This document shows, in pieces, positions 1-12,370 of a DNA stretch of 64,000 nt. The DNA comes from Eutreptiella sp. 'Long Island Sound 2002' (taxonomy: Eukaryota > Protista > Euglenida). How positions within the stretch are numbered: the stretch's first letter is position 1; each line of letters begins with the position of its first letter. The stretch lies in contig OZ038379.1 of NCBI GenBank assembly GCA_964036045.1, positions 48,050,001 through 48,114,000 on the forward strand, in the 5' to 3' direction. The position numbers and the translations under genes were made by a program. The notes beneath the pieces are model-generated. The model saw nothing but the letters and a program-made list of their open reading frames with translations, made no database searches and had not been told where the DNA came from.

Positions 1-49
1 GACATTAAAAGAAACCTGACAATCAGACAGTTTGGAGTTGAAGTACCAC

Positions 50-910
50 CTACCTTGTGTGGTCCGATCCTTCAAAAATTCAATACTGTTCGATCAATGC
101 CAACTACCTTGCGTGGTCCGACCCTTCGAAAATTCAATACTCCTTGTTGAATGCCAACCCACCCCCCCGGGAAAGTTGCCTCTGAGGATAGTGACCGTGT
201 AGACAGTCGTCCTTCCCCGAAGGAGTGTCCACGCTGAACGAAACGCTGACCCCTTCGCACAACTCGGTAGTCCTTGAGCAATGCCCACATCCCAACTGTC
301 ATGTGTGGTCCGACCCTTCGAAAATTCAATGCTCCGTGTTCAATGCCAACTCGTGGTCCGACCCTTCGAAAATTCAATACTCCTTGTTGAATGCCAACTA
401 CCTTGCCCACATCCCAACTGTCTTCTGTGGTCCGACCCTTCGAAAATTTAATACTGTTCGATCAATGCCAACTACCTTGCCTGGTCCGACCCTTCGAAAA
501 TTCAATACTCCTTGTTCAATACCAACCGGTGGTCCGACCCTTCGAAAATTCAATACTCCTTGTTGAATGCCAACCCACCCCCCCGGGAAAGGTAGCATCT
601 GAGGACAGTGACCGTGTAGACAGTCGTCCTTCCCCGAAGGAGTGTCCACGCTGAACAAAAAACTGACCCCTTCGCACAACTCAGTAGTCCTTGAGCAATG
701 CCCACATCCCAACTGTCCTGTGTGGTCCGACCCTTCGAAAATGCAATACTCCTTGTTCAATGCCAACTGGTGGTCCGACCCTTCGAAAATTCAATACTCC
801 TTGTTGAATGCCAACTGCCATGTGTGGTCCGACCCTTCGAAAATTCAATACGCTACGCTCAAAGCGAACTACCTTGTGTGGTCCGACCCTTCGAAAATTC
901 AATACTCTTT
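50..910. repeat. Modular minisatellite: 11 copies of a 28-bp core plus related linkers, with a ~415-bp higher-order duplication
   Basis: Core GTGGTCCGACCCTTCGAAAATTCAATAC at ~59, 113, 305, 353, 427, 482, 529, 722, 770, 825 and 878. Linkers are homologous to each other (TCCTTGTTGAATGCCAAC-type). Block ~158-300 recurs at ~574-718. Confidence 0.9.
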
Positions 911-1237
911 GCCCTGCCGATCACATGCCCCAACCCGATAACAGTGGGAAGACAACAATTGAGCAGATGTTCCAGCAGACATTGTTTGGGCGCAGGGGAC
1001 ACCCAAAAAAAGTTTTCAACGTGCCACACGCAAGTAATAATCTTATATGCCACACACGATGGGCACTCAAAAACCAATGCACGTGATAAAGTACAGAGCG
1101 GTACCCTCCCTTCGATCCTGCCAACCGCCGCGCGCCTGAAAGGCGAAAACCAAGCCTCGAAAGACAAAACATGCCACGTACAAATAATATAAACCTTACT
1201 CCTGACTGCTGCCGCTCACCGCAGGGCCCCCACACCA

Positions 1238-2920
1238 CTACCCCAGCCTGGACTGGCTAGCTAGCCGGCAATGACCGTGTAGACGGTCGGGCCCAGGCCA
1301 GGGCACCGTCTCCCAACTGCTCCGGCGTCGTGCACTGCATGCGTGCGCCGGTAAGGCGTGCGGTACAGCCGCAGCAGCCCTGCCCGCCTCCCAGCCCTCT
1401 GCGAGCGCGCGCGAGACGGCCCACGCTCTAAACACCACTGCCCACAAGCCCCAGATCGCTGGGTGGATGCGTCGGATAATATCCGGCTCGTGCGCCGTTT
1501 CCTGCACATTGCGCTGCGACGGCACCACCACCAACCACACATCCGTCATAGCTGACAGGGCCTCTGCCCCCGCCGCAACCGCCTCGTCCACCGTGCGGTG
1601 CATAGTCCCCCCCCCCCTCCAGCCGCTGCACTGTCCCCCAACTGTCCAGTGTAGGACAGCCCTATCGCGTGGTCCCTGCCCTCGTCATTAAGACCTTCGA
1701 ACAAAACAATGCGCCGGTGGGGGTTGGCAGCCCAAACCGGCGGCGCTGGCTGCCACTCCCCACCCCCTGGATACCGGGTGATGGGCTCGCAACATGACCG
1801 GCGTCAAAGGATACGGCCGGTGGCTAACGGCTGCCTCTTGAAAAGAAGCCGCCAGTTGCTCGCGCTGAGCGCGAGTCTCACGGCGGACCCGACCCTCAGA
1901 CTTCAGCACGGGCCGTGCCCGCCCTCCCTTGGTTCCCTTCTGCTCAGCAGCAACAATCCACTACATTTCACCATCCGCGAGGGCATTACAATGCCGTGTG
2001 GAACTGCGCAGATCCTTCCCCTGGAGGGGGTCTGACCAGTCAGGTGTGTCAACCAGCCACTGGACAGCCCGCGGCGCCACATAGGCACAATTTGTGGCCA
2101 TGCTATGCTTGCGGTCAGCGACCACGCGCACACTGTGGCCTTCGTCGCGAAGGCTGGTGGCCACTGCCGTGGTCTGTGGGCCACCAGCCAGATCCGCAAG
2201 CACAATATTATAAATGGTGCGCTCACGAGACCGTGGTCGCCCAGCCCTGGGGACAGCACTGCCTGACGCACCACGCGCACGCTTTGCCGCACTTTGCTCT
2301 GCGGAGGGCGACGCTGCATGTTTCTTCACCCTTTCCAACCCAATAACCCACGCATGAGCCTCTACCCTCGGCCCTTCCTTAACCTTAACCCCCGTAATTG
2401 CACGTTCCGCCAGCTGCCGTTGCAGCGGCTTCAGGCTCGGCAGCTGCAAGGCGCGAAAATACTCATCCCTGTGCCCCCCCAGCCGCCTGTACTGATTAAA
2501 CCCCTTATCAATCTCTGCTTGCAGCTACTTCACCTCCTTACACACCTTGGCGTACTGGATCTTGAGATCCTGGTCGCTGGCCCGCCCCTTTCCCTTTTGC
2601 TTCGCACGCTGCACTATCCCACGAACAACCTGCCCCTGTTGTTGCACACGTCGCGGCACCTTGTCGTTGCTCAAGGCCTCCCTAACTTTTTCCCTGGCGT
2701 GGAGCAAAACCAGGTTGTGGGGGGCCTCGTCCCAACCGTGGGACTGCAGCCAGCCAGGCCCCTTGTTCCCCTGCTCGAACACCATCCCCCCGACGGCCTT
2801 GGCACGGCTGCTGGTGGGGCGGGCGACGACCCGCACCGACTTCCCCCCATGCCCCAGCGTCTCAAAACCCCCGTTGGCTTCGCGCCAGCCATGGGGCAGG
2901 GGTTGCAGGTCACAGGTCAT
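1238..2920 (-). pseudogene. Degenerate long ORF of unknown (probably transposon) origin
   Basis: ORFs 2525-2920, 1961-2449 and 1688-1909 are in one frame separated by in-frame stops (TAG at 2525). ORF 1238-1603 also has protein-like composition. No recognisable family motif. Confidence 0.35.
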
Positions 2921-3307
2921 TGTGGAGAATTAGTCTGGAGAGACAGGCAGCACTGAACATACACTGAAACACGAACACTGGCAACACTGGCATACAGCAA
3001 GCGAAACATCAAATGCATTGACCTTGTACGAGTCCATGTACGATAATGCTACACGCATTTGGAACCACGCGCACAAAAAGTTTAAGACCACTAATTGCGT
3101 GCAAGGCGCAACAGCAGTATTGGAAGCATTCACAGCATAGCATTTACCCATTACCCATTGCGATCTTGAAGTGGCGCTCGGGCGAGGTCCTCATCTGCAA
3201 AGCGAGTGGTGGCCTCATTCATTCCCCATGCCCCACAGCGACAGGACACTCCGCTGCTTATTCTGGGGGGGGGGGGGGGCAACGGCAGGTGCCGGTCGAG
3301 GCTGCAG

Positions 3308-4303
3308 CTAGAACGCCACCCCCCAGAGGAAACCGCGTGCCTCGTACTGGGGGAGTTTGCCCACATCGAAGAATTGCCCCTTTGGGGCATCCACGTACCG
3401 CACATACTCCCCCGCGGGCACTTCGTCCGCACTGGTCACCTTCTCCTCGGCCCCGGCCTCACCCCCGTCCTCAACCTCATCCCCGTCATCCGCAGCACCA
3501 AGATCAGGCATATGCGGGCACACAATTTTGCACCACGTAGGCGACAGTACGGTTGCAGACGGATGCTGGCAAAAAGCATCGTTGATAAGTACACGATGAT
3601 CGCGGAAGGGCCGTGTCATGAAGAGCAGGGCAGGGAACGGTGGCCGATTCCCTGCCATGTGCTTCTTCGGGGGCGAGTAATATTGCGAGTTTTTGAACCA
3701 CTCCACCACCATGGCATGGTCAAAGTTGAGGGTTGGTAGCACAGCTTTGTTGTCATTGCTGTGCTTGCTCAGGAACAACCAATCCTCATAGGCCTCACGA
3801 TCTTCCTCAGTAACGGGGCCCGCCCGTTCCTCAGGGGGAATCCGGGTCTCGACCGGGAAGGCACACACCGCCAGATTCCTGTAGGCCGTCCCCCCCATGG
3901 TCTCATGTTTGGAGGGGGATGTGTCCACCACACAGGAATTTGTCGTTTTGGCCTTCATATTGAAGCGTTTGCTGAGGGCCGTGTAGAAGACGATATTCCG
4001 TGCATTCAGTTGCAGATTGGACGGGAAGAGTAGCTCCAAAAGGCACTTAAACATGTTTAGCACTATGTAGCTCTGCGCGCGGTGCACTACGCAGCATTTG
4101 GCCAAAATTCGCTGTAACCGTGTCTGGATCACTGGGGCACTGGGAGTTTCCTCGTCGATAGTATCTGCGTCTACCGCGGAACAGACGACGGGGGCGACGG
4201 GGGCCTCAACAGCAGCAGCAGCAGACATTGGGGGAAGACGGGCGACAGACGAATCTACGAGGTGCAGACAAACGGATGCACTGACAAGAACAAACCTATG
4301 CAC
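3308..4303 (-). CDS. Hypothetical protein (331 aa ORF, likely start MSAAAAVEAP); possible winged-helix-like segment
   Basis: Uninterrupted ORF with globular composition and an acidic C-terminal tract. The frame continues past TAG 3308 (LQPRPAPAVAPPPPQNKQRSVLSLW). The fold guess is by eye only. Confidence 0.5.
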   Translation of the reverse strand: MHRFVLVSASVCLHLVDSSVARLPPMSAAAAVEAPVAPVVCSAVDADTIDEETPSAPVIQTRLQRILAKCCVVHRAQSYIVLNMFKCLLELLFPSNLQLNARNIVFYTALSKRFNMKAKTTNSCVVDTSPSKHETMGGTAYRNLAVCAFPVETRIPPEERAGPVTEEDREAYEDWLFLSKHSNDNKAVLPTLNFDHAMVVEWFKNSQYYSPPKKHMAGNRPPFPALLFMTRPFRDHRVLINDAFCQHPSATVLSPTWCKIVCPHMPDLGAADDGDEVEDGGEAGAEEKVTSADEVPAGEYVRYVDAPKGQFFDVGKLPQYEARGFLWGVAF

Positions 4304-5299
4304 GACGAACGTAGGTGCGAGGGTGCTTCACCGGCGGAGCTGTATTACGCCGGGCGTAAGGGTACCAGCGGTTGGAGGGTTGTGTGGGCCGGGTGTGAGG
4401 TTGCCAGCGATTGGGGGGTTGTGTGGCACGCTTTGGTTGGGGCCTTGGTGGGTGCAACTCCCCGCGCTGCATCTGCGTTAGTGTAAGGTTCCCATCGTAG
4501 CACCGCGTTGGAAACAAGGTGCGACACACCGTGCGCAGAGGAGGTCGCACGGAGGGGTGTTGTGTGGGGGGGGGGGGGCATGGGGCAGCCGCAAGAGGGA
4601 GCAAGGAGTCCTTGGGTCTCTTTTCCGTGCCATGGCATGGATTTTCGAGCCGACCCTACCCTCGGAGGAGGGGGCAGGCTGGGGAGATCTCCCCGAACTG
4701 CCGTAGTTTGGGGACTACCCCCCCTCCCCATGGGATTCAGACGCAGAGCGCACCCTCAGCCAGTTGCAATCCCCGCAGCCCCCCATTCTGACACCCCCTC
4801 CCACACCCCCATCACCCCCATTTCCCCCACCGCCCCCGCTCACACCCGCATCACCAATCCCCTCCTTCACACCACATCCCGCTGAAATGCCAACGAGCCC
4901 CCCAAGGAAGATTGTCCCCTCCAATTTCCCGACCCCGCCACTGGCCGCCGTCAACGATCCACTGACCCCCCGCACAGAACAGCTCCTCCGCCTACCCTTG
5001 GGCGAGCTGAACAGTAGGTTTGACATGGGTTGGTCACGTTACTTGTTCGCCGTGAGCCGCCGCGGCCAGGTGCAAACATGGCAACGTGGTGAGAGGGTAA
5101 GTCGATCCCACTTCTTGTCCCGCTCGCTGGAGCGCGCCAGGCTCATAGCTTCGGCGACACAACCCCCAAAGCCCCGCCCCACCAGTCTTCTGCCCGCTTC
5201 CACCAGCTTGCCCCCCTTGCCCTATGGCCAGACCACGTTGCCCGAGGTGTTGGCCCAGAGACAGACCTCACGCACAAAACCCACCTTCAACTACTTGCA

Positions 5300-6400
5300 G
5301 CTGCCGAAGGCGGCATAATGACGCGGGTCAGGGGCTTCGGACGCTTGCGACGGCGACATGGCCCGTTTGCATGTGGCTCCGTGGATGCTGATTGATGTTC
5401 AGGGGGCTCGCAAGGTGCCGGTCCGGTGTATTCAAACTTAGGCTCGCACAACGTGGAGCCATCCGGACCTGCTATTTGCGACATGGAACAGCACACTGTA
5501 GACAACAATACTCGGCAAACGAAATTCTTGCACACCAAAACTTGCACAAAGGCAAGCACAAAGACGAAGGGACAGGCAGTCAACTGAAGCTACGTAATGC
5601 ACAGTGCTTTTTTTTGTGAGAAAAAACTGCAACCATATTCAACCATCAGAATTGTTCCTCCAAAAAAACAACGATTCCATCCCATATCCCTCACACAACA
5701 AAAGAGTAAGAAGACGGTGTGATACCAATTTCTTGTTCTGTTTGTTGATTTTCAAAAAAAGCGACTGCCGTCCATGCCCCGGGCAGGCCACCTGAATCCG
5801 TGTGTCGCTCATCCCCACTGGCTTCCCAGGGGTTAGTCGCGCCGCCGGGACTCCACGGATTCCGTTTTTCAAGGGGGGCGGGGGTGGGGCGGTGACCTGC
5901 CAAAACAAAAAAAAGACCCTACTTTAGGTGCTGCCACTTCAGGGGTTGGGGAGGGGGGTGGTCGTCAATTGTGTGTACATGAACAGTTTTTTGGCCTAGG
6001 CAAGAGAGGGAAACACTCATGCGTGAGCAGTGGTAGCGCAATCAGTTTCGAAAACGGGGCATGCCGGTCGGCAAAAAAGCAATCATGGTCCATCAGAGTC
6101 ATCGTCTCAAGGCCCTATGTGCCAGCCACATCAACCCACCAATCAAGCAGTGAAACCAGGGTCCTATGGGGGGAAATGGTCAATGTGTATAGTTGGTCCG
6201 ATGGTGACTTTTTTACAAAAACCCTTGGAATTTCCTTGGGATTTAGCAAGCAATTTGGGATGCAAAGCTCCTGCCGATTCCAAGCAATGTGCCAGAGCAT
6301 TTTGGAAGCCAAGCTCCTAGTATGTGCTTGGGTGAACTCCGACCGATCGTCGGAAGCGATGCTTCCGACGATCGCTTCCGACATCGGAAGCGATCACCCC
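5300..6400 (-). pseudogene. Highly decayed ORF, possibly a DNA transposase remnant
   Basis: Protein-like fragments in shifting frames (WNRQELCIPNCLLNPKEIPRVFVKKS; LLDWWVDVAG; MDGSRFF*KSTNRTRNWYHTVFLLF). Catalytic triad not established. Confidence 0.2.
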
Positions 6401-6964
6401 GACCAATTTTGGCAGCCTGGCTTCCGAAATCCCTAGGGATGGAAAAATATCGGAAGCGTTTTTGGGAGGAATATTCCCAGCAGCGCTGACAATTAACCTG
6501 TAAAGATCGGAGGGCACGTGCCACGTAACGCTGACAAACATGCCCCGGTTCTCAGCATTCTATGCTGTGCCCGTAGGACACATGTGGTCGCCCCCGGGGT
6601 GTGGCATTTGTAATGCTGGTGGTTGTGGGGTGTGGAACATGGTGCGGGGCTAAGGCGGACGGGAGTGCCACCCCCGGGATGTGGCACTAGTGGTGGTGGC
6701 GGTTGTGGGGTGTGCCTTGTGGAGCATAAGGCGGGGTGTGGCTGACAGGTGTGTCACCGCCGGGATTTGGCGGAGGAGGTGATGGTGGCAGTAGGTTGTG
6801 ACTTGTGGGGCACAGGGCGGGAGTGTGGCCGACAAGAGTGGCGCCCTCGCACAGTGGCATGGTGATGGTGGTGGTGGTGGGGTGTGCGGTGTGGAGCATG
6901 GGACGGGAATGTGGACAACGGGAGTGTCGCCACCGGGGGGTGGCGGTGGTGGTGGTGCAGATGG

Positions 6965-7125
6965 ACATCGTCAATGTGAGCCTCGATCTCCGCGCTACGC
7001 GAGATTAATTCCTATGCAAGAGGTTGTCGCCTCAATATGTACAAAATTTGTTTCAGCAACTCTTGGAAGAGTGGTGGGGTGTTAGACACTCCAAACGACA
7101 TAACCTTCCATTTGAATACGCCACC
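6965..7125 (-). mobile_element. Ty3/gypsy reverse transcriptase fragment
   Basis: GGVFKWKVMSFGVSNTPPLFQELLKQILYILRRQPLA*ELISRSAEIEAHIDDV matches gypsy RT motif 4 (MPFG..NAP..FQ) through the catalytic xxDD motif. Confidence 0.8.
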
Positions 7126-8052
7126 CTGACGGGGGTGGGGTGTGCTGTGTGGAGCGGGGGGGGGGGGGGGGCATCCCACGGGGGTGCAGCCTCCGCATTG
7201 CAGTCGCGGTGGAGGCGGCGGTGGTAGGATATGCTGTGTGAAGCACGGCGTTCCGTTAGGGCTGGCGGCGGCGGGGTGTGCACTTGCGCGCTCTTCAGTG
7301 CAAGTGGTGGGTGCTTGCGGTGCATGTGTGTGCCTGTGTGCTTGTGTGCCTTCCCTAGCCCTCCCATCCTTCCTCCTTGGCAAACATGGCACGCCAACGC
7401 AGTTCTTGCTCGTCCATTGTCCCATCTTTGTAGGTTTTGAGCTCTGTCCTCCTAGCTGTTCTTCTCCGGCCGTTTAATCTTCCGGTGCGGGGTGTCGGCA
7501 TGCGTGGTCCAGGGTTCTTCGGATTAAGCAATGTGGTAGGGTCAGGTGGCGATACCCGGCGGTGTCGTGCAGGGTCAAGGAGGTCATGTGGTGTGGTGTG
7601 AGGTGTGGTTTTGCTCGGTTTGGTCCCTTGCCCCCGAGTGTTGTCTGTGATGGTTGGTGTTTGTGCCTTTTTGGTGGCGGCTTAGTGTTGGTGTCGTGTT
7701 GGGAGCGTTTGTGGTTCGGGGTCGGACGGCGGTACAAGGGTTACAAGGGGGTTGCTGTGTGGAGAAATCCATATGGCGACATAACCCAAGCCAAGGTGGT
7801 GGGGGGCAAATGAAAGATTTGAACTTTCCACTCAAGTTAATATTGAGCGGAACCAATTTTCTGACCCTTTGACCAAAGGCCAAAAAAATTCCCCATGCAC
7901 CGTTGGTGCCCAAAGTGGCTGGTCCCTATTGCCACCGATTGGTGTGGGTTGGGGGGTCCAGAGGGGGGGGTGAGCCGTTCTAATACATCCCTGGCACTAA
8001 GCGTGAAGGGTAAAACTGAACCAGGACAGCGCCATCAACCAGCGGTGCACAC

Positions 8053-8544
8053 CTGGAAGAATGCAACAAGAGCAGACATGATAGATAGAAGTTCGCGCCA
8101 TGCGTCGCCCAGGATGAAACGGCCCCCGCCGTTGGGGCCCGTGAGCTCTTCCAGATGCGGGACCATGCTCAGAAACTGTGCGCGATACGTGTGTGTCGTG
8201 CGGTCCGCATTGGCGACCAACATCAGCTGTGCAAGCGCGCGGACAAGGCGGAGAGCAAGGCCTGCTGGGTGGTCCCAAGGCGCGACCTCACAGAGTAGTG
8301 ACTGCAGGTAGTTGGGCATGTGCACGGTCTTGCGCTCGCGGTTAAGACGGAGCAGGCCGTAGCCTTGGAGGGTCACAAGCTGCTCCAGTACTTCTTCTTC
8401 TTGATGGTCCTCAAAAGTCAGGGATAGCAATTCTGTGGGGATGTCAGTGGGGCCCAGGCAGGCACAGCAATCCATGAGCGCCAGAGCCAAGGAGCCGTGT
8501 TTCCTTACGGCCTGCACTGTCAGCAGCAGCACCTGCTGCACCAC
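8053..8544 (-). CDS. NB-ARC/STAND gene exon f (winged-helix/MHD region)
   Basis: AG acceptor at 8546-8545 and GT donor at 8052-8051, both phase 0. Peptide includes LMDCCACLGPTDIPTELL and LQGYGLLRLNRERKTVHMPNYLQ. Confidence 0.75.
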
Positions 8545-9885
8545 CTGATTAAAATGGCATGGCGTAGCAGGTTTGGGGCGACTCCTTCTGCCAGGGCCCC
8601 AGAGATCAATAGTGTCCGTGCCACAGAAAATTGGGTGGCCTTTTTGCTGGAAAACACAGGTCAACGGGGGCGAAACCGGGGCAAACAGAGGAACATGGGA
8701 GATGCAGGCGTACGATGGCAGCACCCGGGAAAGCTTGGTGAAGCCCTGTGTGATGCAGCTTTTGTTTTTTTTGGGGGGGGGTCCCAACGTAGCTAACACT
8801 TGGGAATCCGGTCTCCACAGGTTTATACCCCACCTGTCCTCCGCTTTGTGGCTCCTGGAGGCCTGAAAGCGGAGGTTGGCGGCCATGTTTCAAGGGGAGG
8901 GCCACCCAGCAATGATGCCCACGCCCAGGCCTTGTGGTCCAAGGTGCCAACCTGCTCTTGTGTCATGAAGCAGGACCCTGTAAACCCCCAATGAATGGCC
9001 ACATTCTTTTGGCACTTAAACCTAATGTCGCCTGTCAGCAGAAATACATGAGCAGAGAGCTGTGAACATTGCTTATGCATGCATGTCAGCCCCTTGTCAT
9101 CTTGCATAATCTGCTCCCTGGGAGAGCTCGGAGCAGGGGGGCAGGGGGAAAGGTCTGCCAGAGCCTTCCGTGGGCTCAGGTCACAGCCCCAACTTTAGCA
9201 CTGGCTGAAAGCTCTGGGAGAGACCAGTTGCAAAGTGCTTGTCTGCGCCCCTTCCCCCAACAGGGGGGCGCAAGTAGCTCCAGATGCCCGAACCAATACG
9301 TGCAAAGTGGAGACAGGCAGAAGCCAAGCAACCAGCGATAAAGTTTTGTGTGAGTGCACATGTGCAGGGTTAACGCCCCACTGGCAGCCGTGAGACCGGG
9401 ACAACGGTGTGCAAGTCTAGTGCAGCAGAAAATGTTGAGCAAAAGGCGGTCAATATTTTTGTGGAACATGAGAATTGCCGTCGAGGTCAAGTTCGTTGCA
9501 ACGAAACACACAACTTTGCGACGATTCCAGACATCAGATCACAGGGACGGCAAAGCACAAGGCATCCAGGGCTCTTCTGTTACGCCTCATAATCAGGGGT
9601 TTCCTTCAGGAACAGCGGTTTGCTTTTGTGAAGGAAAATCAAGGATGGCCGCTGGTAGTGGGTAAGCGGCTGGCAATTTGCCCCCCAATCGCTTACGGTT
9701 CACTGTCAGCCTCCTAGAGTTGGTGGTCAGCTGACCACCAGTTGACTTATGTTGGCAGTTGTCTCAAGGTATTCTGTGGTAGACTCAGCACAGCATTGGT
9801 TGTTTGTGGCGTGGACTGACAACTGTGTGTCCACTGAGGTTCGGTGTGCCGTGCAGTGCAGTGTACAGTGGTGGCACCCACAGAC

Positions 9886-10413
9886 CTGCAGTTGGTACCC
9901 CCTGCTGCGCTCCAAGAGGTCGCAGTAGCGCGTGGCACCCACCTCATGTCGCTTGCAGTAGGCAGCCGCAAGCCTCAGGGCCACTGGTCGGTTGCCCAAG
10001 CGCTCTGCTATCTTCATGATCTCTGCGTCGCCCCTTGCAGCGTCCCAAAGGAGGGGGGCATGATCAATGCCTGCAGGTTCTACAGGAATGACCTTTGCAT
10101 CCGAGAGGCTGCCCTCCAAATACCCCGTGTACTGAGATGTAATGACTGTGTACCCGGAACGTGGGGGCAAGAGATCTTGGAGGACATTGGGGTTTGGTGC
10201 ATTATCAAGCACCAACAGCCACTCAGATGTTTCTATCAAGTGCTCCATCAGCCGCGGTATCATGCGCTGGAGGTACACAGGCCCCGGGTGTTTGGACAAG
10301 AGCTGCAGCCGATTGGCCAACGCATAGAGATCATTAATAAGACAGACCCATGTGGAGGCGTTACACCACCAGACCACGTCAAACTCAGGAAGGGGTGGGT
10401 CTTGGAGAGCGCC
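9886..10413 (-). CDS. NB-ARC/STAND gene exon e (Walker B, RNBS-B, GLPL-like motif)
   Basis: Motifs FDVVWWCNAS, WLLVLDNA, GYTVITS and AERLGNRPVALRLAAAY. Phase-0 AG (10415-10414) and GT (9885-9884) boundaries. Confidence 0.85.
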
Positions 10414-10449
10414 CTGTAAAGAACGAAGGATAGGGCGATGTGGGAATGT

Positions 10450-12370
10450 TTGTGTGGCTACAAATGTAGGGGGAACAGCAGGATGTGCAGCAGCAGAGGT
10501 GCTCATTCCCGCAGCCCAGAAAAGGGTCCACGAGTCGCAGTCCAGCCGTCGTTTGGCTTTCGCTAATGGTGCGATGATGCCAGACTCTGGGACTTGGCTC
10601 ACCTACCTGACCAGACCGATGGGACTGACCAATCAATGATGGGAAAATGCTGATACCTGTTCAGCCCCTCCTCATAGATTGGTTTCCACGAAGGGGGCAA
10701 CACTTTTGAAAAACCTCTGTTGGGGTTGCCCCAGGGGGGAAAACATGTGTTTGACTGTAAGGATGCCTTGTCTGACCAATAACATGTTATAGTACGTGTT
10801 TGCATACTTATTGGTAAACAATGTGGAGTGCCAAAGTTGGGCCTCCATGGCAGGGCACGTGGACTGTATCCTTACTCTGCCCCTAGCCCTTGAGAATGCT
10901 TTGAGGCTTTGGGAAACATATCCCATGGAAGTGTATGGGATTTTCCATAGCTGCATACAGTTAAGATGTACCAGCTGAGAGAGCACTCTATACCGGATGC
11001 AAAACTCTGCAAACTGTATGCGCACGTTACAGAGAAAAAGTTGCGGTTGGGCAATGAGGTGCACACTGGCTAGTGCACCTTGGGCTTGCAACCATATTTC
11101 AGGTAGGGGGAGGGTGTATCCACCCTCCTCTTTGCTCTAGGAAAGTTGGTGGCACGTGAGGCCCCGATTATCAAACCCAAAAAGTACACAATACACATTG
11201 TTTAACGCCGAGACCGCTGATTTGTCTGCTACATATGCTCTGGCCATCAGCAAAAACATGGGGTGAATCCATACCTTAAGGAGTTGTACTTTCTCTGCAA
11301 TGGTCAAGCCAATATTAGCTACTACCGAGACTCTTCTGAAGGCCTCTTTAAGGGGACCCAAGAAGGCCTCCTTAATGGAGAGATGGCCTATGTTGACTCC
11401 AAGGTACTTCACAAATGGCTTCTGAGGCAAGCCAGCGTCCGACAGGTAGACGAGCGCCGCATCTTCCACCTCTCCCTCCGCCACAAATGCCAGCTTACCA
11501 AGATTGATGTGAAGCCCTCAGACTGATGAAAAACGTTGCAAATGTTGCAGCGCATAACGTGCTGCTCGCTCCATACACACTGGTGGAATTGTCACGAGGA
11601 GGTCATGCACGTGGAGGTAAATGCCAATACCCCTCGGGGTATGGCTAAGTGGGAAAATGATGAATGAGGTGCAAAAGGAAAAGAGCAGTGGGAGAAAGGG
11701 TCCTCTTGGCCTATTCCGGCCTGTGGCTTGAAGATATGGTTGGGAATGATTGCCCTTCCTACGAGGAAAAAATGAGGAAAGCAGCGAGGAGATGACATGG
11801 TCTACAAGATAAAATTCAAGATAGCCCTGATAAAAGTATGTGAGAGTGTTTAAAATGTGTTTCTGTAGCCCACAATTAAAAGGATCATGGACTCCTCAGT
11901 GGTCCATTCCCCTCGCACATTCCAGATGTGCTGGATCGTGTGTTCTTGCATGTGTTGGCGCTTGAAGCACCTCACTTGTTGTGTGGGCGTAATTTGGAGC
12001 AGCACATCCTCTATCTGTAACGGGAGTACTGGCACGAACCATTTCTTTTTTACTTGCTGCAACACTATGGGTCGCAACTTGTTGGCTGCAGTGGCTCTCG
12101 CTAACTTGGGGACACACCTGATGATGCCCTGTCCGCACGCCTCCAGGAATTCGCCTGAGGCCTGCACTGCCTGTGTGATTTGGAACATGAGTGGCGAAAA
12201 GAAGTCAGCAAAATGTGTGTATATCTGTAAAGGGATCCATGCATGGCGAGGCCCCTGCGACTTGCCTCAGGAGTGCCTCCTCAACTAACTTCTCGGTCAA
12301 AGGTCTGAAGAGCAAGGGGGTCATCCTCTTAACAGATGCTGGAATTGGCAAGGAGTCAAGGTATTGGAGG
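10450..12370 (-). mobile_element. Decayed non-LTR (LINE) retrotransposon RT region inside the NB-ARC intron
   Basis: Fragments PLTEKLVEEALLRQVAGASPCMD, IRCVPK..NKLRPIVL, AGIGQEDPFS and FVKYLGV occur in the expected RT domain order, with stops and frameshifts. Confidence 0.8.

Noticed and set aside
50-910. CRISPR array
   Set aside because: The spacers are homologous to each other and vary from ~20 to 165 bp; no cas genes; eukaryotic context.
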